From NCBI RefSeq assembly GCF_018977255.1, contig NW_024704742.1, positions 77,874,001-77,938,000 of the forward strand: a stretch of 64,000 nt of DNA. Direction: 5' to 3'. This DNA is from Callorhinchus milii (lineage: Eukaryota). Positions 26,101 to 39,500 of this stretch are shown here, in pieces (position 1 is the first letter of the stretch; every line of letters starts with the position of its first letter). Both the position numbers and the translations under genes were made by a program. The notes beneath the pieces are model-generated. The model searched no databases and was not told the DNA's origin. It was given only the letters and a program-made list of their open reading frames with translations.

Positions 26101-29100
26101 CACTCTAACATCTTACTGAGCTGCCATTAGGGAAATCCTATTCGTCTATACTATGATGGAGGAAACCTGAGTTAACTTAACTGAAGTTGATAGGCACTCA
26201 GTAATGTCTTGCCTCCATGGTACATCTATCTTACATGAGTCGTTAAATGAGGCCTTTAACTGATTTTCAGTGATTAAGCGACGGGGAAATCGTCCCTTTG
26301 TGAAATCTGTGACCAGATCCTACCATCCATTCATAAGCTGGTCCCCCATACCATCTACAAGTTTCAGTTCTCACTACAGAAAATATTAACATATCTCAGG
26401 CCTTGGCTACTTGTTGGAGGCCCTGGTAAGTCAGTTCATCCTCGTTGACCAGTTTCTGTCTAGTGCGAGCTAATCGCTCCATCACAGCCGTTCAATGTTT
26501 AATTCGACTGATGTAACAAACTTGTTGGTCCCCTTGATATGGATTAATAGCACAATTCCCCAGTCCGAACAAGCCTGCTATGTTTGAGGCCAAGCCTTTC
26601 TACGTCATTGTTTAGATCATTTCTGAGAACTCAGATAGCAGTGGAGTAAATCAGAGGTGTAGTTCCCTCAGCTCACATTTGCCATTCTCATAGTGAAGAC
26701 ATTGAATTTTCTAACATTTTGCATAATACTTTATTGATTTTTAAGTCAATGTTTGCTAGACTAGTGTCTCAAGACATGAGACATTTTGGGTTTCTAATAA
26801 TTGCTCAAGAGTTATACTGTAGTCCGTGGCAGATGCAACTTAGTTTCCATTATTATACAAGATCTAGAGATGGGGCTTGAAATACTGCCTGAAATAGCTT
26901 GCAAATCAATACAAGAAAATAAATGTCAGTGAACTCACATCTGTGGATATCGACACAACCTCACTGATCTCCCACCTCCATAAGTTCACTGAATTAATGA
27001 TTTACTGGCCTGAGCCTAGAGGTTACATACATTATAGTAAACTTGAGGAACCTCTATTCTCAGAAGCATTTTGGTAATTTCTTGGAGTCCTTTTTCATAT
27101 TTGCCTCTTGAGGACAACAGATTGTTTGAACCCTGCAAGTCCCTCATTAAATACTACTTGAGGCTCACTGATATTTTGTGGAAACTTAGATTTACACTAC
27201 TACATGTACACATCTTTCGTGTTGGGATGACAACTCAAAGTCTCTCACACAACTGACTGGGAGCTGGGGTGGGGGGTGGTTAAAGTGGCCGAAGTAAAGT
27301 CAAGGAGATGGGTCATGGGGACATAGGTCAAGAGGCTGGTTTTGAGGGCATTGAAGAAGAAGGCAGGATAGACTGAAGAGAGTAAATTCAGAACAAATCT
27401 GTGGGAACGCTACTCCAATGAGCGAGTAGTAAACCTATGGAACAGGCTCCCTAGGGAGATGGTGGAAGCAGAAAGTGTTGACTAATTCAAGAACAAATTA
27501 GATAGAGTTCTGTTAGGAAAAAATATCTCAGGATACAATATATAGTTTGGGACGTGACATGTCATGCGACTGCCAGGATGGTAGAAAGCAAACTGGATGG
27601 ACCTTGGTCTTTTTTCACCTAGCAATTCTTATGTTCTTAGGTGGGGTGCATGGAATTCTCAGCTTGGTTTGGATACTCTTAAACATGGTTATGGTTTTCC
27701 GCATATGTCAGACACCCAGCTCACCAAAAAAAAGAGTGTACCAGCTAAATAAGCAAGGGGAAAGCTTGACAGTCTATTAGGAAACTAAGAATGACCTAAA
27801 TGGAGAAAAATCTAGAGAGCGCTTTACATTCAGGAAGAAAAACAAATAAGATCTAAGAGTGTCCTATAATATTCTCTGATTGGGACCAGTTGTGTGTTTG
27901 ACTCATTTATATTTATTTTCTGGTTTTGTTTCTAATTTTCCAACAGCTGCAGATTTTGTTCTTTTTATTTCTCATAGCCCACCTTTTAGAAAGGCTCAGC
28001 GCTATACTTGGATCTTGCCTTTTACCCATCAGGGAACTCACAGTTGACATTGTTTTAAATAATCCTTCAGAGTTATTTAAGCCCAACAACAACAAAAATG
28101 TGCATTTATATTGCGCCTTTTACATCACAAGGATGCCTCAAAGCACTTTACGCACTGAGTAAAAAATAAAGATGATTTTGGGTCAATGTCTATTGTAATA
28201 ATATTCTTTGCATTTGATATAGTGTCTTATCACATTCATAGGCTACACTGTAAAATGGTGCGTATTGTGACTGTATTTTATGGGCAAAAGTGGCAGTCAA
28301 TTTGCGTACAGTAATGTTCTACAAATAGCCATAAAGTGACCGATTTTATTTTGTGGGAATTATTGGCTATGAAACCAGAAGAAACTCCCTTCTCTTTCGA
28401 TAGTACCTTGGGATCTTTAATATCCATCTGGACCCTCAAATGGGACCTGGGTTTAAAGTCTCATCTGAAGGATGGCGCCTTCGACAACGCAGCACCCCTC
28501 ACAGCACTGCATTGAAGTGTCAGTCTAGACTATGAATTCCAAATCGCATTTGAGCCACAACCTCTGACTCAGAGGCGAGGATACTACCAACTGAGCCAGG
28601 CTGACACATATGTAGATAGCGCCTTATCGTATTGTCAAAATATCTCAAAGAGTTCCACATACCTTTTACCGTGAAGTGAATTGACTGTGTAATTTGTAGG
28701 CAAACAGGGTGAATTGTTTAGGTCCTTTTCAGAACATTGTTGTATTTATATTAACATCTATTCTATAATCAAATTGAAATATTGCAGATTATCTGAGAAA
28801 GATGCAACAAAGAGCAGGGAGAGGAAAGGAGATGTGAGGGCAGTGAGCCAGAGGTTGCATGAAAGGAAAGAGAAGCAGCAACAAAGAGTCATTGAGCAAA
28901 AGCCTAGAGAGAAACAGTAAGTACTGTAGTGTGAATGTTCAAATGTTAACCTTCCTCACAAATGCAGGACTGACAATAACAACATGAGGAATAGTCATTG
29001 TTTTTCACTCTTTCCTAATCAGTATCACTCCAGCCAAATCAAGGGAGAACACCTAGGATGACATTTCTCATTGTACAGGAGATCTTCTTAAACTAAATTG

Positions 29101-32100
29101 AAAGTTTTATTAACTATAGATTTTTATGACCTTACAAATAAATGCTGGTGAAAAAAACAGCTACTGACAACCGCCCAACATGGCAGGTTTCCTTTTATTC
29201 TAGTTATTCTAGCCATGACCCACTCTGCCTTCCCTCACCTCCGTAACATTGCCCGACTCCGCCACTACCTCACCCCTCAGGCCGCTGAAACTCTTGTTCA
29301 TGCCTTCGTCACCTCCAGGCTCGACTATGCGAACGCCCTACTTGTCGGCCTTCCCAACTCCTCCCTCCACAGGCTGCAGAAAATCCAGAACTCTGCAGCC
29401 CGTGTCCTCTCCCGCACCAAACTCCGTGACCCCATCAGCCCCACTTTCGCCCGAATCCACTGGCTCCCTATCCTTCAGAGGATCCAGTTCAAGATTCTGT
29501 GCCCTCCTAACCCCCTACCAACCTGCCCGCTCCCTCCGCTCAGCCGACTCTGGTCTGCTCCACGTCCTCTGACCCACCCGCCCCACCATTGGTGGGAGAG
29601 CCTTCAGTCACTATGCCCTCAACCTCTGGAATTCCATCCCCCAGTCACTCTGCCTCGCCCCTCCTTAGCCTCCTTCAAGTCCTGCCTCAAGACCCTCCTC
29701 TTCGACCATGCCATCGGCCACCCCTCTTCCCCTCCCTTCCCCCCCAACCCCAGCTCGGGTCTGAAATGCTGTACACTGTTCAGTGCCTTGGGACGTCCTC
29801 CCGACGTGAAAGGCGCTATACAAATGTAATCTTCTTCTTGTTGTTATAATGGGAGGAGTTTTCACCTGGGTCTAAATTTACTCCAGTTCCTTAGCATTTT
29901 GGAGCACAAAGAATTTGGCACCTTGTTAAATGTGGTCTTCAGTTTGGAGCCATTTTATCCTCATAAATTCTACAGAAATGTGGCTTTAAATTTGAGTTGG
30001 CATTTAACTATTTGCCAAGTTTCCTTACTCCACACGCCTAATAGTAATCCCTCCAAAACAAAACAATAATTAATTGGTCATATTCAATGCACGACTATTT
30101 GTGAGACACTGCTATGTGCAATTGGCTGCTGCGTTTCGCCCACAAATAAACGGTCAATTCACTTTGCAGTATATTCTGTGAAGCGCTTTAAGAGGTCTAG
30201 AAGACGTGAAAAAGCGCTTTATCAAATGTAAGGATTATTATTATTATTCAATTGTGGACACTGAAATGCTAAGAAATTAGAATAAATCTAAACCCAGGTG
30301 GAATTTCTTTCTCTGTGTCTCTTGCTGTACTTTAAAACTTGTTGGTTTAGCAGCCTGATTGATGGCTGGGATTAGACTCTGAGTTTTGAGAGAAAGTTAC
30401 AGAAGCTGGGAATGTTTGCACTAAAAAAGGTTAATATGGTTGTCGACAAGCTAGAGGAGACCAAACTAAGTTCAGAAGAGGAAAGGTGAACAAACAGTTC
30501 ATATTTTACACAGATTGTGTCAACAAATTCAAGAGAAGGTGTTAATAATAATAATAATAATAGTAATAATCCTTACATTTTGTACATCAGGAGGACATGA
30601 CAAAGCATTCACAAGATTCACAAGAAAAGTGACTGTGTTTTGTGAGCGAATGAGTTGCTCTATTTGAAGGTCCAGCACATTGTTTTTCAGACAAACTGTC
30701 TTGTTGGTCTTTTTATGTGTGAGGGATTCTCTGAGCCCAGTACACAAGGAGTTTGAAATGATTTCCATGAACTGGTCAAAAACAGCCTAGTGTATGTCGG
30801 CTCAGAGACCTGATGTGGTGCGTGAATGTACGTACAAACTTACTATTCGATATGGGTGCTCTACCAACTGAGTGCATTGATACAGCAGCAGTGTAGCTTT
30901 AATTCGAATGCTGGTTTATCTGACAGAAGCAATTGTTTCGAAGTTAATCGCAGTGAACGATTTTGTGGCTAAGGTTATCTTGTAAGAGAAAACCAACAGA
31001 TTCTCGGAAAGTTCGCACTCACCAGAGTTGACATTAAAAATGATCATTTAAAGAATGCGATTATTATCATAGTTTTTCATTTCAAATGTCATTGCTCAAG
31101 TATTGTCTATCTCCCTGTTTTCAAATAGTGAGTGAAATTTATTTCCACATCATTTGGAGTTTGTTGTTATGATCTGAGGACCACAATTCCAGGTAGCCTT
31201 AGCCCGATGGTGGTTTGTGGTTAAAATTTGTGGTTCCCTAAAGTAAATTTCTCGAAGAGTCTCAAAACGCTTCATATGATTATGTGTTAGCTGGCTCAGT
31301 TGTTAGCGCTCTCACCTTTGCTTGACAAGATTGTGCATTCACGCCCCACATAACGTCCTTCGAATGAGTCCTTAAGCTTAAGTCTAGTCTGGCTGTTCAG
31401 ATGGATATTAATGATCCCATGGCATTATTTGAAAAGAGACAGAAATTACTCCTGGTATCCTAGCCAGCAATCCCCCAGATAAAATTAGTAATTCACTTCA
31501 TGGCTTTTTGTGGCATTGTTGTTTCTCCCACAAAATATACAGTCAATTCACTTTACAGTATGTTCTGTGAAGCGTCTTGAAGACTTGATAAGGCGCTATA
31601 TCAAATGCAAGGATTATTATTATTGTTGTGAATAACTTGGCTGCTGTGTACGTCTACAAAATAAACAGTCACTACACTTTGCAATAAATTCTGTGTAACG
31701 CTTTGAGAAGTCCTCACAATGTGAAAAGCACGGTACAAAATAGGATTATTATTATTTAGAGGAGTTGCGATCAGATAGATGCATTTCTGGGGTGGGGGGG
31801 GGGGGGGGGGCGAAAAAGCAGGAAAAGCTAACATGACAAAGAAGATTAAAATGCTACCTTCAAATCACAGAGACTAGCAATGCCAGATTCTACCCATTTA
31901 ACAAAAACAAATTGCCTTCTATTCCACTATTTAGCAATCCTGAAGTTTCGAGTTTCCCTTTGCCACTAGACAGGCACTTTATCAGTATATAATGCAATAT
32001 TTTGTCTCTACTATTAGTTTTGACCTTCCTGGCTCCAGTCTAAAACCACTGATGACATTCCATGTGCAAAATGCTGCTGGCTCACTGCTTTCTTCAAACC

Positions 32101-33514
32101 AACCATTTGCTTGATTGTTGGCATTTGGTATCAAATTGTGAACAAAGTTCAAATATAAAGGTTTAAAATATATAAAATCTTTACTTTTCACCTCCACTCC
32201 CCAAAAACAGTATGTGCTTATTCCTGGCCCTATTTGTTCATATAAATATTTTCCCACAAATGTTATAAAAATAGGTGTTATACCCAGAAGAAGTCAAGAG
32301 CTTCAATCATTTAAACCGGTGTTTTAAACCATTAAAAAAATGATTTCAGCCTCGCGCCCTTCCTTGCCTCCCCCAAGCCCCGTCTCAAGACTCTCCTCTT
32401 CGACCGAGCCTTTGTCTACTACCCATACCCTCATTACCCTCCATCCGTCCTGATCCCAACCCCCAGCTCGGGTCCAAATCAAGAAATATTTAATCAAGAA
32501 AATTTATTTTTATGGCCGACCAATAGGTTGGCCACCACTGATTTAAACCAATGATCTGCAATAAAACTCTTAAAGGGAGGCTCATCTAAGTTGTGTGCTC
32601 TCATGCAAATACAACAATAACAATCTGCATTTATGCAGTGTCTTTCACATAGGTAATGTCATAAGAGGAAGGTCATGAGATGAGCCTTGAAAGAGGTGAG
32701 GGAGGGGGTGAGGCAGAGGGATTCGGGGATGGACTTCCAGAGGGTATGGGCAGAAAACCTAAACCTAAAACCTCTCTGCTCATTGTAACTCATTATATAC
32801 CGTTGTAACCAGCCTGTAATAATGGCTTCTAATGTTTTCAGGTCATCGTAGTCTTGTCAGCCTGGCACAGTTGGTAACATTCTCTTGCCTCTGAGCCAGG
32901 CACTTGTGGGTTCAAGCTTGATGTTGGTACTTTGAGCTCATCGCCCAGACTGATACTTCAGTGCGCTGTGTTGTCTGAAACGCCATCTTTCGAATGAACC
33001 AACAACCGGTCGGCCTGTTTAGATGGAATGGGACATTGCTGTGTGCAAATTGGCTGACGCGTTTGCCTACAACTACACAGTCAGTACACTTCACAGCAAA
33101 ATCCTGTGAAGTGCTTTGAGATATCCTCCTGACGTAATAAGGTGTTATATCAAATGTCAAATCACAGATAACAATAAACCCTAGAAGGGCTTGAGACACC
33201 TGAAGGTGCTAAATAATAATAAGCATGAGAGAGAATATCAGTGCCTATGGAATCACACCAGAGCAAGTATTGACACCTTCAGTAGAGGGAGAGAGAGAAT
33301 CAACCAGTGTTTTGTTGTGAATTCAATAGTAACGTTTCAATAATAATAATAATCCTTGCATTTGATATAGCACCTTATCACATTGTTGAGACGTCTCAAA
33401 GCTCTTCACAGAATATACTGTGAATTGACTGTGTATTTTGTAGGCGAAACGCAGCAACCAATTGCACACAGCAGTGTCCCACACACTGTCGTGGATTGAG
33501 TTACTTAATGTTTT

Positions 33515-33554
<40 letters not shown>

Positions 33555-36500
33555 GAGTGATTATTACCCCTGGAAAGCGATCCGCCAATCTACTAACAAC
33601 TGTCCTGCCCGGGAATCTAACCCGGGTCCTCCCGCTTGCGAGGCAAGTGCTATAACCACTATACTACGGGACTCCACCCAACCTTATTTCATAGCAGTTT
33701 AATCTCTGTAACATTGTGCGTCAATGGGGAGTTATACTCAGGAAAGTAGTTTTCATTTCTACTCATTTCATCAAAGAAATGAATGGGTACGAATTTTTAA
33801 AGAGCTAAGTTCAGTGGGTTCATCAAAATATAATGGTGTTGTAAAATCTCTGCTGGTTTTAGATGGTAATTTATTATTTTACAGGTACGATGCTGTTTTG
33901 CAGCATCCCTACTGTAAGGACAAAGATCTCTGGTTTCTTTATGATATCTGCTCTACTGTTGACGCAACTGCCAAATGACATTCTTTAGCTACAGGAATAA
34001 TTCTTCGCAGATTGTCAGTCTATCAAGCTACCATAGATGAGACATTTTATTATGGAAGATGTTAATCTGTTAATAATAGACACGAATGTTACAGCATGAT
34101 AGCTCGTGGTGGGGGCATAATCAATGAAACTGATAAAGAGGATTTGTCACTTGTGCAATTTATTAGCAATATTAGATTAGGAAGCTCTGACCTTTCTTTT
34201 TTTTCCCCCCAACATAACAAGGTTTATGAATGGGGTGAGAGAATGTTGTTAGTTTTGAGTTTTCTCTCTCTCCATCGTTGCTGCCGATTGTTACATTTGG
34301 CAAAGGTTTTGGGAGACTTCTTTTAAGATAAGGACTATCTGCCTCTTCCCTTCACAAGCTACAGACCATCCAGAACTTTGCGGCTGATATCCTTTCCAAT
34401 ACTAGGCTCTGTGAACCTATCACCTGCATACTCACCCACCTTCACTGGATCCCCTTTCCCCAGTGGATCAAATTCATCGGCGGGCTTTCAACCTTTCTGC
34501 CCCACTCTCTCTAACTCCATCACAAAGGGGCACCTTTGCTTCGCCCCTTCCCTTGCCTCCTTCAATGTCCATCTCAAGACCTTACTATTTGACCACAGTT
34601 CAGGCCGTCTTTACCCCCTCCCACTCCTCTCAACCCTAGGTGCTCAGGTACTGGACTGTCCACCACCTTAGGACATCTTCCCAACATGAAAGGTGCCATA
34701 TAAATGGAAATTTGTATTGTATTGCAAGATAATGTAATAATGTTCCTGACATTTTTATGCATTCATTATGTTATTAACACCAGTGTTAATAAAAAATTTA
34801 ATAATTTGGTCACTCAATCCACGACTGTTTGTGTGACACTGCTGTGTGCAATTGGCTGCTGCGTTTAGCCCACAGAACATACAGTCACAGAATCATACAG
34901 CACTGAAAGAGGCCATTCGGCCCATCTCATCTGCGCCAGCTCCTAAAAGAACAATCCAACTCAATCCCACTGGCCTGCTTTCTCTCCATAGCCCTGCAAT
35001 CCTGTCCTCCCCAAATACCCATCTATTTCTCTCTTAAAAGTTGCTGTTGAATCGGCTTCCACTCCCTTTCAGGTAATGCATTCCAGATCCGACCAACTCG
35101 CTGAGTGAAAAAATGTTTCCTAACCTCCCCTCTGTTTCTTTAACAACTATCTTAAATCGGTGTCCTCGGGTTACTGACCCACATGCCAATGGAAACAGTT
35201 TTTCCCGGTTCAACCTATCAAATCCTCTCATGATCTTGAAAAACTCTTATTAAATCCACTCTTAATCGTCTCTGCTTCAAGGAGAGTAATCCTAGTTTCG
35301 TTAACCTCTCCTCATAACTAAGGTCCTTCATTCCTGGTACCATCCTGGTAAACCTCCTTTGCACCCTCTCCAATGCCCTAACATCTTTCCTAAAGTGCAG
35401 TGCCCAGAACTGAACGCAATACTCCAACTGAGGCCTAACCACCATTTTATAAATATTCAATATCACCTCCTGACTTTTGAATTCTATGCCCCTATTTATA
35501 AAACCTAGTATCCCGTTTGCTTTTTTAACATCTTTATCTACCTGTCCTGCCATCTTCAGAGATTTGCTTACATGGGGCCCCAGATCTCTCTGTTCATTTG
35601 GCCCTTTAAGATTGTGCCATCAGCTTATACTGTCTCTTCTCATTCTTCCTGCCAAAATGCAACACTTCGCATTTCTCCACATTAAACCTCATCTGCCACG
35701 TTTCTGCCCATTTTACCAATCTGTCTAAGTCCTCTTGGAGTCTGGTGCTATCCTCCTCACTTTTCCTCGCTTAGTATTGTCTGCAAATTTGGAAATTGTG
35801 CTCCCTATATCCAGGTCAAGATAATTAATATAGATCAGAAATTCACTTTACAGTATATTCTGTACTTTGAGACGTCCCAATGACGTGATAAGGCACTATA
35901 TCAAATGCAAGGATTATTATTATTATTAACAACACACCAGTGTTAGTGGCCTCTCATTGTTGCACCAAAATGTAGCACACCCCTCTCAGTAAGCAGAGTC
36001 CCTTCAGAACTCAACACTTTTTTAAAAATTTTGATGTAAAACCTTAGCAAAAGTGCAGTGGGTTCATGAGGAAAGTATACACTTGCTGAATCAACAGGTT
36101 GATCATCCAAGAGATCACAGTGGACATTCAAAGTGGTTCACACAGTTTCAGCACATGGCAGGGGAAGGTGAGCACTGGGACCATAATGTTCCCATTAGCA
36201 TTCAATTGACTCCAAACATTTTGAAAGAAAATCTCAACATCTTCTGAGATCAATGGCAGTTAGTTTTTCCTATTGTCTCAGGAGAGGAAGAGTGGGGAGA
36301 CCGGTGAAGAGTGCATCAGAGAAACTGAAGGTGGGAGGGACAAAACCCACCAAATATACAGTTGCCGTACCTTACAAAAAATTTCTGTGGAGCACTTTTA
36401 GGCATTTCACTGTGATAGCTGTTACATCAAATGCAAAGATTATTATATTAGTTTTAAGAGATTAGCAGGGAGCCTTTAAAATCACTTTGTTTTAAGATTT

Positions 36501-39500
36501 AAGATCATCCAAAATTGCAGAAAATTGGCAAATGTTGCCTTATTTGGAAACAGGTTTTCCACAATTTGGTAAGATCTTAATTTTTAAGAAAAACTGGTCT
36601 TAAAAGATGAAATTCTGACTTCCAGACTCAGTGAAAAGACAAACGACAAAAGAAAACTGCAAAAATCATTTTTAAATATCAATGCCGTAAATGTGAAAGC
36701 CTATTTGTGGCAAGGACAGATAGAGGGAGATTAGTACTTTATTGTTTAACATAGCGGTCTTTTGGCGATTCTGCAAAGGGGTTTAAATTTTCACTACATA
36801 GGATTATCTTACATGAAAAGCTATTTCGTTTACATGGAAAATGTAATAAAAAAACTAATTATATTACCTTTGACGCATTTCTCAGCCTAATGTGAAAATA
36901 GGTTGTGTAGATTTCTGAAACTTATGGAAATAGTGCAGCTTGTGCTTTGACATTGTGTTTCCTGAATATGAGCAGTTTTTATAGTCAGTTACTTAAAAAT
37001 CAACTTTACTTAGAATTATAAATGGACTGATTCAAGCTGGAGATCATCTTATCCATTGTGACAGTGGTTTGCTTCTGCTGAAATGTATTTCACAGCTCTA
37101 TAACACCAGTATGATCAGTTACTGGTTTTGTAGAGGTGTGTTTCCACTCAATGTAATTGCAATCTATTACAAAGGGGAATGAAATAAACACAGTAAGACC
37201 AGATCCAGGCTTAGTCCTTGTCCATCTAGTCAGATCAAGGTAGTCAGTACAGCCTGATTGGAAGGTAGAGATAGTAAACCCGGAAAAATACTTACCATGT
37301 ACTTCAAGGCAGGAAGACAAAAGGGCACAAGTTCAGAGACATGAAGAGCAACTTTAAGACAGACATTTTAAAAAATTGTTGTTGTTGTTGTTATCAGTCT
37401 GGCCGGGTTGGTAGCACTCTTGCCTTTGAGTCAGAAAGTTGTGGATTCAAGATTCACATTGGGACTTTAAGATCATAATTAGGGCTGATTTCATGCAGTA
37501 TGAAGAGCGTTATATAAATGCAAGTTGTCATTGTTCCTAACTTTAGATTATTTCAGTCTTCCCTACTTAATTAACATGGAACTATGGAAAATATTTTTCC
37601 TGTGTGTGCATGGCTCATTTTTAGAGCAAGAAAAATAACCAACAGCAAACACTACTGATGTGGCACATTTCCTTATCTCTAATTTTTTTGAGAAATGCAA
37701 ATGCAGAATCAAATCAAATTCCCCAGATAAGAGAAGATGGGTAATACATTTTCAATCATTTTTGACCTTCAACTCTCTTCCAGTTGAATGTTAACCATGC
37801 AGACTAATTGATCTTTCTGTTGAGTATCACACCTCCTGCCCAAGAGTTCCCAAAACACGCAAAGTCACTGCGCTTTGGAATGTGAAAGGCACTATAATGT
37901 AAGGATTATTTAAGGATTTTAAGATGCCATGGAAAGGCTTGTTCCCCTCTGTGTTTGCAAACTTTTAAGGAAAACTCCCAAGTTCCTTTTAATATTACTG
38001 TCGGTTGACACTCAAAACAATTATCCAGAATTATCTAGCATTTTTTTGTGCTTTTGATACATTTACTGTCAAATGTTTTTTCTTGGTTTTGGTGGGGAAA
38101 GAAAGAGTCCTCCAAACGAGTAATTTCACATTTATTATTACTAATGCTCAGCGATAGAACTCAGCGAAGCAGATTAAAGCTCTCCATGTGCCAACGGCAT
38201 ACCTTAGCACCAACCTCAATAGAGAAGTCGCTAGTGCACCAGCATCAGTGGTTTGCCACGGTAACAAAACATTGAAAGCAGTTTGTGATACTAACTAAAC
38301 CAAGGGGCAAAATATGAGGCAGATAGATACAATACCCATTTTTAAAAAATGATCCAGTATCTTTTAACTCAACCATCCTTCCTGGTAACCCATGACTGTT
38401 GTTGATGTATAAAGTAATATATAATAATAATGATCCTTGCTTTTGATATAGTGCATTTGATCCATTTTTTTGATAATTTTTTATCAAAACTTACCACTCT
38501 GCCCTCACTTCCGCTAAATCGTCCTTCTACTCTGAGACAATTTTGGAGGCCAAGGACAACCCCACCTCCTCTTCTCCATCACCAACTGGCTCCTCCGCCC
38601 ACCCTCTCATGCTTCCCCCATCTGCTCCTCCAACGCCAACTGCGAGGAGTTGCTGGACTTCCTCAAAACCAAAGTCGAGGGGATCCACTCAGCTGCCTCT
38701 GTCCTTCTGACCACTACCCCCTCCCCATCACCCCCTCACGCCACAACCCCTACACATCCCGCCCTCCACACTTTCAAACCTGTCGCCCCTTCTGCTCTCA
38801 CCACCACTGTAACTCACATGAAACCAACCACCTGCTTCCTCAACCCCATCCCTCCCCTCTCCTTACCTCCCAGCTCCACCTCTTTCCCCCCTACTCACAG
38901 AACTGCATAAACCTCTCCCTGTCCATTGGCACCGTTCCCACCCCTTTAAAAACGGCCGTCATCACTCCTATCCTTGAAAAACCCTCACTGGACCCATCCC
39001 TGCTCTCAAACTACCACTCCATCTCCAAACTCCCTTTCCTCTCCAAGGTCCTGGAACGAGTCGTTGCTTCCCAGCTTCGCTTCTTCCTCTCCTGCCATTC
39101 ACTTCACAAACCCCTCCAATCAGGTTCCACATGTGTGAAGATGACAACAACAATAACAACTTGGATTTATATAGCGCCCTCCGCCTCGGATGGCGTCTCA
39201 GAGCACTTCACAATAACGGATCCCGGGGCTGATCCCGGAAGGTGACCAAAAGTGCGGTTGAAAAGAAAAGTCTTCAGCTAAGACCTGAAAATTGGAAGAG
39301 AGGGAGTGAGACGAAGGGAGTGAGGAAGGGAGTGGCTGGGGTTTGAGGGATCTAGCAAAGGTTTTTTGAGGAGGGGGTTGATGACAGCAGTTTTGAGGGG
39401 GGCAGGGACTGATCCACAGGAGAGGGCTTGAGCAGCCGGGTTTGGGTTTTCAGGCAGCAGAGATGGTTGTACCGGGGGATTGGGTGGGTTTGGAGATGGT

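Noticed and set aside
25950..26700. Unique-looking stretch considered as a decayed retroviral or transposase remnant
   Set aside because: No recognisable motif in a sustained frame. It would need a translated database search.
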